In this document: in pieces, positions 22,475 through 32,947 of the stretch | How the letters are laid out: each line of letters starts with the position of its first letter | How positions within the stretch are numbered: the first letter of the stretch is position 1 | Assembly: GCA_964450805.1 (NCBI GenBank) | Contig: CAYVDD010000001.1 | Span: 254,365 to 318,364, forward strand | Direction: 5' to 3' | Source: an uncultured Candidatus Saccharibacteria bacterium | Lineage (GTDB): Bacteria; Patescibacteriota; Minisyncoccia; Minisyncoccales; JANBVM01 | DNA length: 64,000 bases | Notes under the pieces: model-generated | Told to the model about the DNA's origin: nothing | Database searches by the model: none | The model's input: the letters and a program-made list of their open reading frames with translations, nothing else | Translations under genes and position numbers: made by a program

Positions 22475-23158
22475 CTACTTTTCAGAGATTTTTTCTTTTA
22501 TATCAAGAATAAATTTAGCAGCAGCATCCTTACCACCTAAACCAAAAGCTAAGCCAAAAGATAAAGTAATCATTCCTACAAAGCCTTTAATCAAAGTATC
22601 GATAATAGTCGGAGTTACTCCTAATTGAAATAAAATTGCTAGGGCTGCAAAAATATAGATTGCCCATCTAATTGTCATTCCCAAAAACCCAGCGTAACCT
22701 ACTCCCATTTTTTTAACGCTGGCTTTCATAATCTTTTCCAAAATATCTGTTATAATAACAGTTACAACAAAAATAGCTGAAGCAACAATTAAATTAGGAA
22801 GCCAAGTAACAACTCTTTTTAAGAAATCAGCAAAATGAACAAATCCTAAAATTTCAACAGAAGCCAGTAAAAAGACAATGACTAAAATCCATTTAATAAT
22901 AGCCCCAATAAATTCAGATGGGTTTACTTTTAGTTCTGCTTTTTGCAAAGCTTCCTTCCAACCCACTCTTTCAAAGATTCTATTAAATCTTAGCTGTTTT
23001 AAAATTTCAGCTATTAACTTTCCTAAGCCAACTGCTAAAAACCAACCAATGATCAGAACAACAATCGCTCCAATTAATCTTGGTAAGAACATCAGGAATC
23101 CTTTCCAAGCGCTTTGTAAAGCCTCAAGTGTTATAATAGACCAGTCTTGTACTACCAT
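22475..23158 (-). CDS. Membrane protein with repeated conserved TM helices (MscS N-terminal-like / TM_helix repeat)
   Basis: Six hydrophobic helices with an amphipathic repeat pattern. No catalytic motif. Confidence 0.45.
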   Translation of the reverse strand: MVVQDWSIITLEALQSAWKGFLMFLPRLIGAIVVLIIGWFLAVGLGKLIAEILKQLRFNRIFERVGWKEALQKAELKVNPSEFIGAIIKWILVIVFLLASVEILGFVHFADFLKRVVTWLPNLIVASAIFVVTVIITDILEKIMKASVKKMGVGYAGFLGMTIRWAIYIFAALAILFQLGVTPTIIDTLIKGFVGMITLSFGLAFGLGGKDAAAKFILDIKEKISEK

Positions 23159-23287
23159 AGATAAGAAGTTTTTATTAATTAGACTACCGACCTTTTAAAA
23201 AGATATTGGTATATTATAGCATTATGTCAAAAAAGCTCCTGTGGAAAACTTTTTAGCTGATTTTTCATAAAAAAATATCAATTTTTA

Positions 23288-23315
23288 TTGACTTAAAACA
23301 TAAAAATTCTACAAT
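23288..23315 (+). promoter_or_regulatory. Sigma70-like promoter for the plus-strand CYTH gene (TTGACT-N16-TACAAT)
   Basis: TTGACT at 23288-23293 and TACAAT at 23310-23315, 20 nt upstream of the ATG. Confidence 0.4.
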
Positions 23316-23335
23316 AAAATCATTAAGTAATAATC

Positions 23336-23908
23336 ATGAAAAACATTGAGATAGAAATACAAGTTAATGTTGAAAACAGCAAACCACTCTTGGATTTTCT
23401 AAAAAATAATGCTCAATTTAAATCAGAAAAACAACAAACTGATGAATATTTTTCTCCAATTCATCGCAGTTTTGTTAAGGTCAGACCTGTGAAAGAATGG
23501 TTAAGATTAAGGAATTCAAAAGGTAGTTATTCAATAAACTACAAAAATTGGCACTATGATGAAAATAAAAAAAGCACTTATTGTGATGAATATGAAACTA
23601 AAATAGAAAACCTGGATAAGATTAAAAAAATCCTCAATATTCTTAATTTTAAACCACTTATTACAGTTAATAAGTTAAGAAAAACCTGGGTTTATAATAA
23701 CTATGAAATTAATATAGATTCAGTTAAAGATCTTGGTGATTTTGTAGAGATTGAATATATTGGAAAAGAACAAGTTGAACCAGTTAAAATTACAGAACAA
23801 ATGATAAATTTTCTGAAAAATATAGGCTGTGGAAAAATAAAAAGGAATTACCTGGGATATCCTTTCCAGCTTTTATTCCCAGATGAAATAAAATACGAAG
23901 AATTATAA
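23336..23908 (+). CDS. CYTH-domain protein (triphosphate tunnel metalloenzyme: CyaB / ThTPase / PPPase family)
   Basis: N-terminal 'IEIEIQV' (ExExK-like), 'LRLR' (RxR) and C-terminal 'LGDFVEIEYIG' acidic strand motif. Confidence 0.65.
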   Translation: MKNIEIEIQVNVENSKPLLDFLKNNAQFKSEKQQTDEYFSPIHRSFVKVRPVKEWLRLRNSKGSYSINYKNWHYDENKKSTYCDEYETKIENLDKIKKILNILNFKPLITVNKLRKTWVYNNYEINIDSVKDLGDFVEIEYIGKEQVEPVKITEQMINFLKNIGCGKIKRNYLGYPFQLLFPDEIKYEEL

Positions 23909-23974
23909 TTTTTAATAGGACAAAACAAAAAGATAAGACATAACTGTCCTATCTTTTAACTTCAGCTTTATTTC

Positions 23975-24361
23975 TTACAATCTTTTAACTAATTGCTCTG
24001 GAGATTGGATGATTTCTCTGAACAACACATTTCTGCAAACCTCATCATTATCAGCAGATAATGCATAAATTGGCTTGCCCATTGCAGCTGCGCATCCAAT
24101 TTCTAAAGTTGTACTGTTTCCAGAATAACCATTTTTATTATAAATAAAAACAACATCAGCCATTTTAATTTTGTAAAAATGATCATGAGTCAGCCCTAAA
24201 GCAGTAAAGTTCTTGTAATCGTCAGAAAGATTATTCCATTCATCCTGTCCAGAATGAAGATAAGGCTCATAAACAACAACACCTAAATCTTTCAGTTTTT
24301 TAGCAAATTCCCTTATTTCTGGTTTAAAACGGCGACTGCCGCAAATTACTACTGATTTCAT
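23975..24361 (-). CDS. Nucleoside 2-deoxyribosyltransferase-like (NDT/DNPH1-like Rossmannoid) small protein
   Basis: 'VVICGS', 'VVVYEP' and 'GYSGNSTTLEIGCAAAMGKPIYAL' resemble the NDT family 'sGTafEiGyAxAlGKPv'. Confidence 0.5.
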   Translation of the reverse strand: MKSVVICGSRRFKPEIREFAKKLKDLGVVVYEPYLHSGQDEWNNLSDDYKNFTALGLTHDHFYKIKMADVVFIYNKNGYSGNSTTLEIGCAAAMGKPIYALSADNDEVCRNVLFREIIQSPEQLVKRL

Positions 24362-24468
24362 ATTTTAATAGTATACTATGTCTTATTTAATAAATTAAGT
24401 GGACTTCGTAAGATTTAGTTGGAACCAGATCATACAGTAATTACTGGTTTGGGAGAAATTGAAACACA

Positions 24469-25014
24469 CTAGCTTTTATTAATAATATTCTGCATCATAT
24501 CTCCATATTTCTCATTAGTAATTTCAGCTTCTGGAGATATTTGCTCTAATAATTTTACACAATCTTCTCTAGCTTTATCTATTTTCTCTCTTGAACTTAC
24601 CACCTTCTCAATCTCTATAAAATCGCCTAATTGTTCTACCTGGTCTATTGCGATTTCAAAATCATTGTATTTATAAGCGTCTCTTGTTTTAGAAATAACG
24701 AATGCTTCGTTAAAGTCTAATTTCTCTAATAGCTCTATACCAAAATCTACATTATCTAGCTTAGCTTTTATTTCAAATCCCCCACCCTGCCTTACAATTT
24801 CTTTAAATTCCAAATTACAACTATCATTTATTTCTCTTATTCTTACAACCAACCCTCCTTTAATAATCTTATTTTCTTTATCTAAAAATTTAGGATGTCC
24901 GAAAATTCTATCTATTTGTTTTACATTTTTAATAAATTGAATCCCCATTTTATTCAAAGATTCTTTTATAGAACCGACATCCTTAATTTTTGCTCTTATT
25001 TCTACTTCAATCAT
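24469..25014 (-). CDS. CYTH-domain protein (second paralog)
   Basis: 'IEVEIRAKI' (ExExR/K), 'VVRIRE' and C-terminal 'LGDFIEIEKV'. Confidence 0.7.
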   Translation of the reverse strand: MIEVEIRAKIKDVGSIKESLNKMGIQFIKNVKQIDRIFGHPKFLDKENKIIKGGLVVRIREINDSCNLEFKEIVRQGGGFEIKAKLDNVDFGIELLEKLDFNEAFVISKTRDAYKYNDFEIAIDQVEQLGDFIEIEKVVSSREKIDKAREDCVKLLEQISPEAEITNEKYGDMMQNIINKS

Positions 25015-25071
25015 ATGCTTTATTTTATAAAAAATTTGTTCTTATGGTAATAATGTATATATGCTAATCTG

Positions 25072-25145
25072 TGGACCTGAGCGGACTCGAACCGCTGACC
25101 TCCACTATGCAAAAGTGGCGTTCTAGCCAACTGAACTACAGGCCC
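25072..25145 (-). tRNA. tRNA-Ala (anticodon TGC)
   Basis: Reverse complement GGGCCTGTAGTTCAGTTGGCTAGAACGCCACTTTTGCATAGTGGAGGTCAGCGGTTCGAGTCCGCTCAGGTCCA. The cloverleaf is consistent, with a G3:U70 pair. No encoded CCA. Confidence 0.85.
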
Positions 25146-25152
25146 TTATTAG

Positions 25153-25224
25153 TGGGCGCGGAAGGAGTCGAACCTTCCACCTCTTTTTTATCAGAAAAGC
25201 GTTCTACCGCTGAACTACGCGCCC
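25153..25224 (-). tRNA. tRNA-Ile (anticodon GAT)
   Basis: Reverse complement GGGCGCGTAGTTCAGCGGTAGAACGCTTTTCTGATAAAAAAGAGGTGGAAGGTTCGACTCCTTCCGCGCCCA. Anticodon loop CTGATAA. Confidence 0.85.
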
Positions 25225-25790
25225 AAAACCTCTAAAACAAATAACTTTTTTTTAACAGGATCAAATTTATAAGAAACATCTTTATCGAAAATCAAATTCA
25301 GGTTTAAAGTCTTAAAAATCTCCAGCCATTCTTCTTCTGTTTTAAAAACAGTCTTATTCTTATTACCAAAAAGCTTATCAAATGAAAAGCTGTGAATCTG
25401 GCAAGCTAATTTTGATAAAAATCCTTCAGGTAAATCTTCATAAATAAAGATTTTACCTCTTGAAACCCTTATTACTTCCTTTAAAAGGGCAACAAAGTCT
25501 TTGCTGTGATGCAATGTATAAGCTATTAAAATATTGTCAAAACTATTTTCAGGGAAAGGAAGCTTTTTTCCGTTAATCAAGCTGAATGCTATGGGAAATA
25601 TTCTTCGGTCAACAACATCCACACCAATAACCTCTGTTTCAAAAAAATTCTGAAAAGTATTAGCTATTATTGCAGAACCGCAACCAATATCAAGAATTCT
25701 GGATTTTTTAATAATAAATTGTTCACAGTCCAAACACATTTTATGGGCTACCTGTTCGTAAATTTTTTTAAAAACACGATAAAAGTTCAT
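25215..25790 (-). CDS. Class I SAM-dependent methyltransferase; its 3' end overlaps the tRNA-Ile 5' end
   Basis: Motif I 'ILDIGCGSA', an acidic residue after beta-2 ('IGVDVVD') and motif-IV-like 'LIAYTLHH'. The stop codon lies 7 nt inside the tRNA-Ile acceptor stem. Confidence 0.6.
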   Translation of the reverse strand: MNFYRVFKKIYEQVAHKMCLDCEQFIIKKSRILDIGCGSAIIANTFQNFFETEVIGVDVVDRRIFPIAFSLINGKKLPFPENSFDNILIAYTLHHSKDFVALLKEVIRVSRGKIFIYEDLPEGFLSKLACQIHSFSFDKLFGNKNKTVFKTEEEWLEIFKTLNLNLIFDKDVSYKFDPVKKKLFVLEVLGA

Positions 25791-25932
25791 AAATTATTTT
25801 CGCAAATTAATCATTCTTTTAGAACTGATTATAAGTAAATTTTAGATTAAATTTTACATCTTGACAAGAGAGCTATTTAATATATAAATAAATCAGTTCT
25901 TGAATGTAAAAGCAAAAAAAGAGGTTTTTTGA

Positions 25933-26508
25933 TTGGATTTAAATATAATCATATTTGATATAGAATGCACAACGTGGAAAGGAGCAAAATATAGAAATTG
26001 GTCTGGGGCAGGTGAACATCGAGAGGTTGTTCAGATCGCTGCTGTATTAATAGAAACAAAAGAATTCACAGAATTATCTGTTTTTCAATCTATAGTAAAA
26101 CCGAAAATAAACCCTGTTGTATCTGATTTTTTTATTAATCTTACAAATATTACTCAAGAAAGAGTAAATAAGGGTGTTAAATTCACGACGATGCTACAGA
26201 AATTTCATCAATGGTGCAAAGACTATCAAATCTATTCGTTTGATAGCCGAACAAACACTTCACAACTTTTTGACAGAGATGTCTTAAAAGAAAATTGTTC
26301 TCTCTTGAAAGTAGAATTTCCATTCGAAAATAATAGATTTCATAATATTAATAAAGTTTTTCTCGATAATGGGTTTAGGCTCCGACAAAGCGGAGCCACT
26401 CCAGAAGCATTTGGCATTAAAATTCCTGCTAGACCACATAACGCGTTGAATGATGTTCGAGGCTTAATAATTGGTCTCAAAGAGTTAAAGCGTCTTGGAA
26501 AAATATAA
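25933..26508 (+). CDS. DEDDh-family 3'-5' exonuclease (DnaQ/RNase T/Orn-like)
   Basis: Exo I 'IIFDIECTT', Exo II region and Exo III 'HNALNDV'. It has a TTG start, with GAGG 10 nt upstream. Confidence 0.7.
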   Translation: MDLNIIIFDIECTTWKGAKYRNWSGAGEHREVVQIAAVLIETKEFTELSVFQSIVKPKINPVVSDFFINLTNITQERVNKGVKFTTMLQKFHQWCKDYQIYSFDSRTNTSQLFDRDVLKENCSLLKVEFPFENNRFHNINKVFLDNGFRLRQSGATPEAFGIKIPARPHNALNDVRGLIIGLKELKRLGKI

Positions 26509-26552
26509 TAGATTTTGTCTGTAGTAAATACAGATTTTTTTTTTATTTTAAA

Positions 26553-26585
26553 CCCAAAACACGCCCGAATAGGCGTGTTTTTAGT
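26553..26585. terminator. Bidirectional rho-independent terminator between the exonuclease gene (+) and the 16S 3' flank (-)
   Basis: Hairpin aacacgccc-gaat-aggcgtgtt with T-runs on both sides. Confidence 0.5.
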
Positions 26586-26696
26586 TTTAGTTTCTTAGAG
26601 TTATCCCGACTAGTCGATCTTTTAGAAACTTCGACCAACTTCTCAAAAGTTAAAATCCAAATTTCAGATTTCAACTCTTATCAACCAATTTTAAAA

Positions 26697-28232
<1,536 letters not shown>

Positions 28233-28437
28233 TAAAAAATAGTCGGGATAACTCTAAAAAACTAATTATATTAATTATCAGGTCCTTACTATTAAGTTTT
28301 AATGTTCTTTCCTTTAAAGTAAAAAATCAGGAAGAGACATCCTGATCATTTCCGAAATCTTTAATTAATGATTCGCTTATTTACATCTTTTCTTTTTTTT
28401 CTTAGTCATTTCTTTATTTATTAGTCTCTTCAATTTT

Positions 28438-28465
28438 ATTGTATATTTTTAAAAAATTATGTCAA
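28438..28465 (-). promoter_or_regulatory. Sigma70-like promoter for 16S (TTGACA-N16-TACAAT)
   Basis: Minus-strand TTGACA (plus 28460-28465) and TACAAT (plus 28438-28443), about 200 nt upstream of the 16S 5' end. Confidence 0.45.
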
Positions 28466-28470
28466 TATCT

Positions 28471-29583
28471 TTATTCACTTCTCTCAATTAAATAATTTAT
28501 GAAGTCTTTTAGCCTTGTTTTAGCTTCTGATTCTTTTAAAAACCTGTCTGCGTCCTGCCAGGCATCTTTAATGATCTTTTTGGCAATATTCTTAGCATAT
28601 TCTATGCTGTTGTATTTGTTCATTATCAGGATAGCTTCTTTAATTTCAGCTTTATCTTTTATGTGTCTGTCTAGTATTTCAAGCAATCTTTTTTTATCTT
28701 TATCATCAGCATTATTTAAGCTGTGAATTACCATTAAACTTCTTTTTCCTTCTTTAATATCATTGCCAAAAGATTTACCAAAATCTTTCCTTTCCTGGCC
28801 ACTTAAAGTAATGTCTAAAATATCATCCTGAATCTGGAAAGCAACTCCAATTGCCTCAGCCACTCTGCCTACTTTTTCAACCAACTGGTCGTTCTTTTCT
28901 GAAAATACAACTGCTAGTTCAGCAGCCATTCTTGATAAACAACCAGTCTTAAAAACACACATCTGGAAATATTCTTTTTCATTAATTTTTTCAGCTTTTC
29001 CTTTGTGCCAATAAATATCTGTTCCCTGTCCCAAATGAAGATTTATCATTTTCTGCATATAAATCTCATAAGCTTTTAATAAAACTTCTGTTTTAAATTG
29101 TTTCCTGTTTTTTTTAAAAACTATTAAAGGCAGGAAATATAAGAAGTTTCCAATATTAATAGCAATATCAGTGCCAAAAATCTTATGAAGACATGGTTTT
29201 CCTCTTCTTATCTCGCTTTCATCCTCTAAATCGTCAATAATAAGGCTGCCGTTATGAATTAACTCTGGAACAATTGAAAAATCTTTCATTTTCCCAACAC
29301 TGCCTTTAACTGCTTCAGCAACCAATAAGAATAAAGCTGGTCTCCATCTTTTTCCTCCCCTGTCCAGAAAATCCCAAACAGGATTTATTAAGGATTCTTG
29401 GGCTGATTCAAGAGTATATTGATAATTAGCTTTTCCAAAAACAAATTCCAACCATTCTTGATTAATTTTTCTTGGAACGTATTTTTCAATAACTTCATCA
29501 ATTTCTGGTCTGAGTTTTTTAAAATAATCTGTGATTTTATCTTTGTAAGCCATATATAAGAGATGAAATTGAAACCAAGACAA
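28471..29583 (-). CDS. Trans-isoprenyl diphosphate synthase (GGPP/FPP synthase family)
   Basis: FARM 'LIIDDLEDESEIRRGKP' and SARM 'FQIQDDILD'. Confidence 0.75.
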   Translation of the reverse strand: MSWFQFHLLYMAYKDKITDYFKKLRPEIDEVIEKYVPRKINQEWLEFVFGKANYQYTLESAQESLINPVWDFLDRGGKRWRPALFLLVAEAVKGSVGKMKDFSIVPELIHNGSLIIDDLEDESEIRRGKPCLHKIFGTDIAINIGNFLYFLPLIVFKKNRKQFKTEVLLKAYEIYMQKMINLHLGQGTDIYWHKGKAEKINEKEYFQMCVFKTGCLSRMAAELAVVFSEKNDQLVEKVGRVAEAIGVAFQIQDDILDITLSGQERKDFGKSFGNDIKEGKRSLMVIHSLNNADDKDKKRLLEILDRHIKDKAEIKEAILIMNKYNSIEYAKNIAKKIIKDAWQDADRFLKESEAKTRLKDFINYLIERSE

Positions 29584-30397
29584 AGGATAAAATAACGTAA
29601 ATATCCATTATTTTATAATTTTTAATTATTTTATAATTTTTTCCAGCCAGGAAAAAAAGAAGAAAAACAAAGGTTAAAATTAAAAATAAAAAAAGATAAA
29701 GATTGGGAAGCAATAAAAATATCGGCAAAAGAAATAAAGGATACAAAAAAGCTAAAGATGCTAAAAGTTTTTCTGATTTGTTATATCCCAAAAAACAAAC
29801 AGTGGTATTGATTCCTGCTAATTTATCTGAATCATAATCTTCCAAATGATTTCTAAGTTCAAGAGTAATTGAAAGATAGAAAATAGAAAAACCAATAAAC
29901 CAGTGAAAAATTGTTATTTGATAGTTAAAAATCAAGAATGGCAGAAAAAACAGAAAAAGGCCGGCAAAAAATCCATGAGAAATTAAATCAAGAAAAGGCC
30001 GGGATTTAAAACGTAAAGGCGGAGCAGAATAGAAAAATCCTAATAATAATCCCGTTAAACAGAATAAAAAAACTTTTAAACCAAAAATTGCTGACAAACA
30101 TAATCCTAAAACTCCCAGTAAAACAGAAAAAAACAAGCTCTTTTTATAGCTTATTTGTTTGTTAATCAAAACATTAGTTTTTTCTTTATTGTATTTATCT
30201 TCTTCTGTATCAAAATATTCATTGATTGAAAAACCAAGGCCCAAAAAAAGAAAAATTAGGACGAAGAAAAGAAAAATTAAACTTAAAGGAAATAAAAACC
30301 CTTGAGACAGAATAAAACCAAACAAGCTCATTAAAAAATATCCGCTCCAGTCAGAAATTCTTAAAAGATTAAAATAAGGTTTCCAGTTTATTTCCAT
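29537..30397 (-). CDS. UbiA-family aromatic/isoprenoid prenyltransferase (polytopic membrane protein)
   Basis: Eight or nine TM helices. 'INEYFDTEEDKYN' matches the UbiA Asp-rich motif N(D/E)xxDxxxD. Confidence 0.6.
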   Translation of the reverse strand: MEINWKPYFNLLRISDWSGYFLMSLFGFILSQGFLFPLSLIFLFFVLIFLFLGLGFSINEYFDTEEDKYNKEKTNVLINKQISYKKSLFFSVLLGVLGLCLSAIFGLKVFLFCLTGLLLGFFYSAPPLRFKSRPFLDLISHGFFAGLFLFFLPFLIFNYQITIFHWFIGFSIFYLSITLELRNHLEDYDSDKLAGINTTVCFLGYNKSEKLLASLAFLYPLFLLPIFLLLPNLYLFLFLILTFVFLLFFLAGKNYKIIKNYKIMDIYVILSFVLVSISSLIYGLQR

Positions 30398-30929
30398 ATA
30401 GTTTTTGAAGCCGTTTTAAAGTAATTCCAAGCCAGGGAGCGTAATTTTTGGAATTTTCATTCATATCTTTTTCAAGCTCATCAATTTTAACCCACTTAAC
30501 ATCAGCAACTTCATTTATATTAAAATTAACTTCTTTATTGTTATAATTCCCAACCAAAATAGCGCAGAACTCATACTCTGAACCAACATCCTCATAGGAA
30601 GCGTGGTATATAAATTTATCCACTACCTTAATACCTGTATCAATTCTTAATTCTTCTTTTAATCTTTTTCTTCCTGAATCTTCGTAAGTTTCATTTTCTC
30701 TTGGATGACTGGCACAGGATGTTTCCCAGTAAAGAGGCCAGAGCATTTTAGATTTACCTCTTTTCTGAATAAGAACTTCTTTTTTATTGTTAAATAAGAG
30801 AATAGCGAAAGCGCGATGCAATATTCCATCTTTTAAATGACATTTTACCTTTTCTTCCAAACCGATTGGTTCATCTTTTTCATTAACTAAAACTAATTTT
30901 TCCATTTTTAAACCTAAATAAAAAATCAA
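30369..30929 (-). CDS. idi: Isopentenyl-diphosphate delta-isomerase type 1 (Nudix fold). The true start is probably the internal 'MEKLVLV' near 30905.
   Basis: 'HRAFAILLFNNKKEVLIQKRGKSKMLWPLYWETSCASHP' matches the IDI-1 Cys/Glu active-site region. Confidence 0.7.
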   Translation of the reverse strand: MIFYLGLKMEKLVLVNEKDEPIGLEEKVKCHLKDGILHRAFAILLFNNKKEVLIQKRGKSKMLWPLYWETSCASHPRENETYEDSGRKRLKEELRIDTGIKVVDKFIYHASYEDVGSEYEFCAILVGNYNNKEVNFNINEVADVKWVKIDELEKDMNENSKNYAPWLGITLKRLQKLYGNKLETLF

Positions 30930-30935
30930 TTAATG

Positions 30936-31008
30936 AGCCACCTCGCGGGATCGAACCGCGGACCTATGGTTTACAAAACCATTGCTCTGCCAACTGAGCT
31001 AAGGTGGC
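30936..31008 (-). tRNA. tRNA-Thr (anticodon TGT)
   Basis: Reverse complement GCCACCTTAGCTCAGTTGGCAGAGCAATGGTTTTGTAAACCATAGGTCCGCGGTTCGATCCCGCGAGGTGGCT. Anticodon loop TTTGTAA. Confidence 0.8.
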
Positions 31009-31013
31009 GTTTA

Positions 31014-31388
31014 TTATTTGCCTTTTGATTTACGCTTTGTTGAGGTTTTTATCTCCTCCCAGTAATTATCATTTTCCCTGGCTTTGTTCTCTTTAACAGT
31101 TTGTTTCAGCTGTTGAAGCGAGGCAGAAATTTTACCTTCAATTTTGAGTAAAAACGCCCTAAGACTTATTAGAAGTTTTTCTAAAAATCCTTCATAGGAA
31201 AAATCCTTGAATGGATTATTTTTTTTGATTTTTGTTTTAAAATTCAAAACAAAGTCCTGTTTTTTATCAGAAGACTGGAAAGATTCTTCAGGCAAAGTTT
31301 TTAGAAAAGGAATTTTCTTTAGAATAATTCCCCCCAAGCCAATAGAACTTCCTAAAAGAATGATTTGCAAGATTGATTCAAATTTCAT
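31014..31388 (-). CDS. Hypothetical small membrane protein downstream of tsf
   Basis: N-terminal TM helix and a charged C-terminus. No motif. Confidence 0.3.
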   Translation of the reverse strand: MKFESILQIILLGSSIGLGGIILKKIPFLKTLPEESFQSSDKKQDFVLNFKTKIKKNNPFKDFSYEGFLEKLLISLRAFLLKIEGKISASLQQLKQTVKENKARENDNYWEEIKTSTKRKSKGK

Positions 31389-31821
31389 ATCTGACGAATT
31401 TTTCTAGAATTATATTTTCGCCAAACTTTGCAATATATCCATCAATCAGATCTTTAACAGTTTTTTTTGGCTCCTTTATCCAGGCTTGCTCAAGAAGAGG
31501 TAATTCCTCAACTGATGCAGCAATTTGAAGGCAAAGTTCATGAGATAATTTTTTAAAATCCTCACTGCGGGCAACAAAATCTGATTCACACTGAAGCTGA
31601 ATTAAGACTCCAACTTTTTTACCAGCATGAATATAGCTGTCAATTATGCCTGCTTTTGTTTTCCTATCCAGCCTTTTTCTGGCAAAATCCTTTCCTAGTT
31701 CTTTTAAAATTCCTCTGGCTTTTTTAATGTCGCCATTTGCTTTTACTAAAGCTTTCTTGCATTCACTTATTGAAACTCCTGTTAAATTACGAAGTTTTTT
31801 AATCTCTTGAATAGTTGTCAT
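31378..31821 (-). CDS. tsf: Elongation factor Ts (short form)
   Basis: N-terminal UBA-like 'IKKLRNLTGVSISECKKALVKANGDIKKA'. It lies immediately downstream of rpsB. Confidence 0.7.
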   Translation of the reverse strand: MTTIQEIKKLRNLTGVSISECKKALVKANGDIKKARGILKELGKDFARKRLDRKTKAGIIDSYIHAGKKVGVLIQLQCESDFVARSEDFKKLSHELCLQIAASVEELPLLEQAWIKEPKKTVKDLIDGYIAKFGENIILEKFVRYEI

Positions 31822-31823
31822 AT

Positions 31824-32582
31824 TTATTTTTTGGTTTCTGATTCTTTTGAAGATTCTTTTTCTTCCTTTTTTTGGGATTCCTTTAGTTCTTCTCCTTTTT
31901 TAACACTTTCTGATAATTTATTCAGAATATATTTTATTGAACTAACAGAATCATCATTGGCTGGAATTGACCAGTCAACTGAACTTGGGTCAGAATTAGC
32001 ATCACAAACACCAATAGTAGTTACTCCCCTGCTTTTTGCCTCTTTTATTGCCAAAGCATCTTTAACAATATCCAAGACAAAAATAATATCTGGTAATTTC
32101 TTAAGGTTTTTTATTCCTTGAAATTTCTTTTCCAATCTTCCCAGCTCTAAATCAAACTGACCTCTTTCTTTTTTTGTATACTTTTTCAGTTCGCCTTCTT
32201 GCTTTTGTTTCTCTAAATCATTGAAATAATCAATTCTTTTTTTGATTACCTCAAAATTACTAATAGTACCACCGAGCCACCTTTCACTTACATAAGGAAG
32301 ATTGTATTCTCTGCCAAAATCTTCAACCAACTTTCTTGCCTGAATTTTTGTGCCTACAACAAGCAGTATTTTACCTTCAAATATCTGTTTTTTAATGAAT
32401 TCCAAAACTTTTTCAAAACTTTCCTTTGTTTTATCTAAGTCAATAAGATTAATAGAATTTCTGGTTCCATGAATAAAAGGTTTCATTTTTGGATGAGTTG
32501 TGGAAAGCTTATGACCAAAGTGTAAGCCTGCTTCAGCCATTTCTTTTATATCAAGATTAAATTTGTTTTTTGCTCTAATCAT
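31824..32582 (-). CDS. rpsB: 30S ribosomal protein S2
   Basis: 'AGLHFGHK' and an S2 core. The rpsB-tsf arrangement is conserved. Confidence 0.85.
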   Translation of the reverse strand: MIRAKNKFNLDIKEMAEAGLHFGHKLSTTHPKMKPFIHGTRNSINLIDLDKTKESFEKVLEFIKKQIFEGKILLVVGTKIQARKLVEDFGREYNLPYVSERWLGGTISNFEVIKKRIDYFNDLEKQKQEGELKKYTKKERGQFDLELGRLEKKFQGIKNLKKLPDIIFVLDIVKDALAIKEAKSRGVTTIGVCDANSDPSSVDWSIPANDDSVSSIKYILNKLSESVKKGEELKESQKKEEKESSKESETKK

Positions 32583-32707
32583 AAATAACTAATTAATTAA
32601 TATATCATTTTAAATCATTTTTGCAACCCCAACCAAGACCTTATTAAGGATTTCCTTGATTTTTAGTCAATATGTGGTAATATTTTACTTATAAAACTAA
32701 TTATAAT

Positions 32708-32935
32708 ATGAAAAAAGACATCCATCCAAAATATTTTCCAAAGGCCAGAGTTAAATGCGCCTGCGGCAACACTTTCACAGTAGGTTCTACTAAAGAATTT
32801 ACTGAAATTGAGATTTGTTCAGAATGTCATCCTTTTTATACTGGAAAGGAAAAAACAATGGACACAATGGGTCAGGTGCAGAAATTCAAAGAAAGGGTGG
32901 CAAAAAAAGAGAAATTAAAGAAAAAGAAAAAGTAA
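32708..32935 (+). CDS. rpmE: 50S ribosomal protein L31 (zinc-ribbon type)
   Basis: 'MKKDIHPKY...CACGNTF...[10 protein letters not shown]'. Confidence 0.85.
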   Translation: MKKDIHPKYFPKARVKCACGNTFTVGSTKEFTEIEICSECHPFYTGKEKTMDTMGQVQKFKERVAKKEKLKKKKK

Positions 32936-32947
32936 CAGATAGGTTCC

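Noticed and set aside
25918-25922. GAGG upstream of the exonuclease TTG start as evidence for SD usage
   Set aside because: It is an isolated case. More than ten other starts checked have no SD-like purine motif, and the 16S tail lacks CCUCC. It is treated as coincidental.
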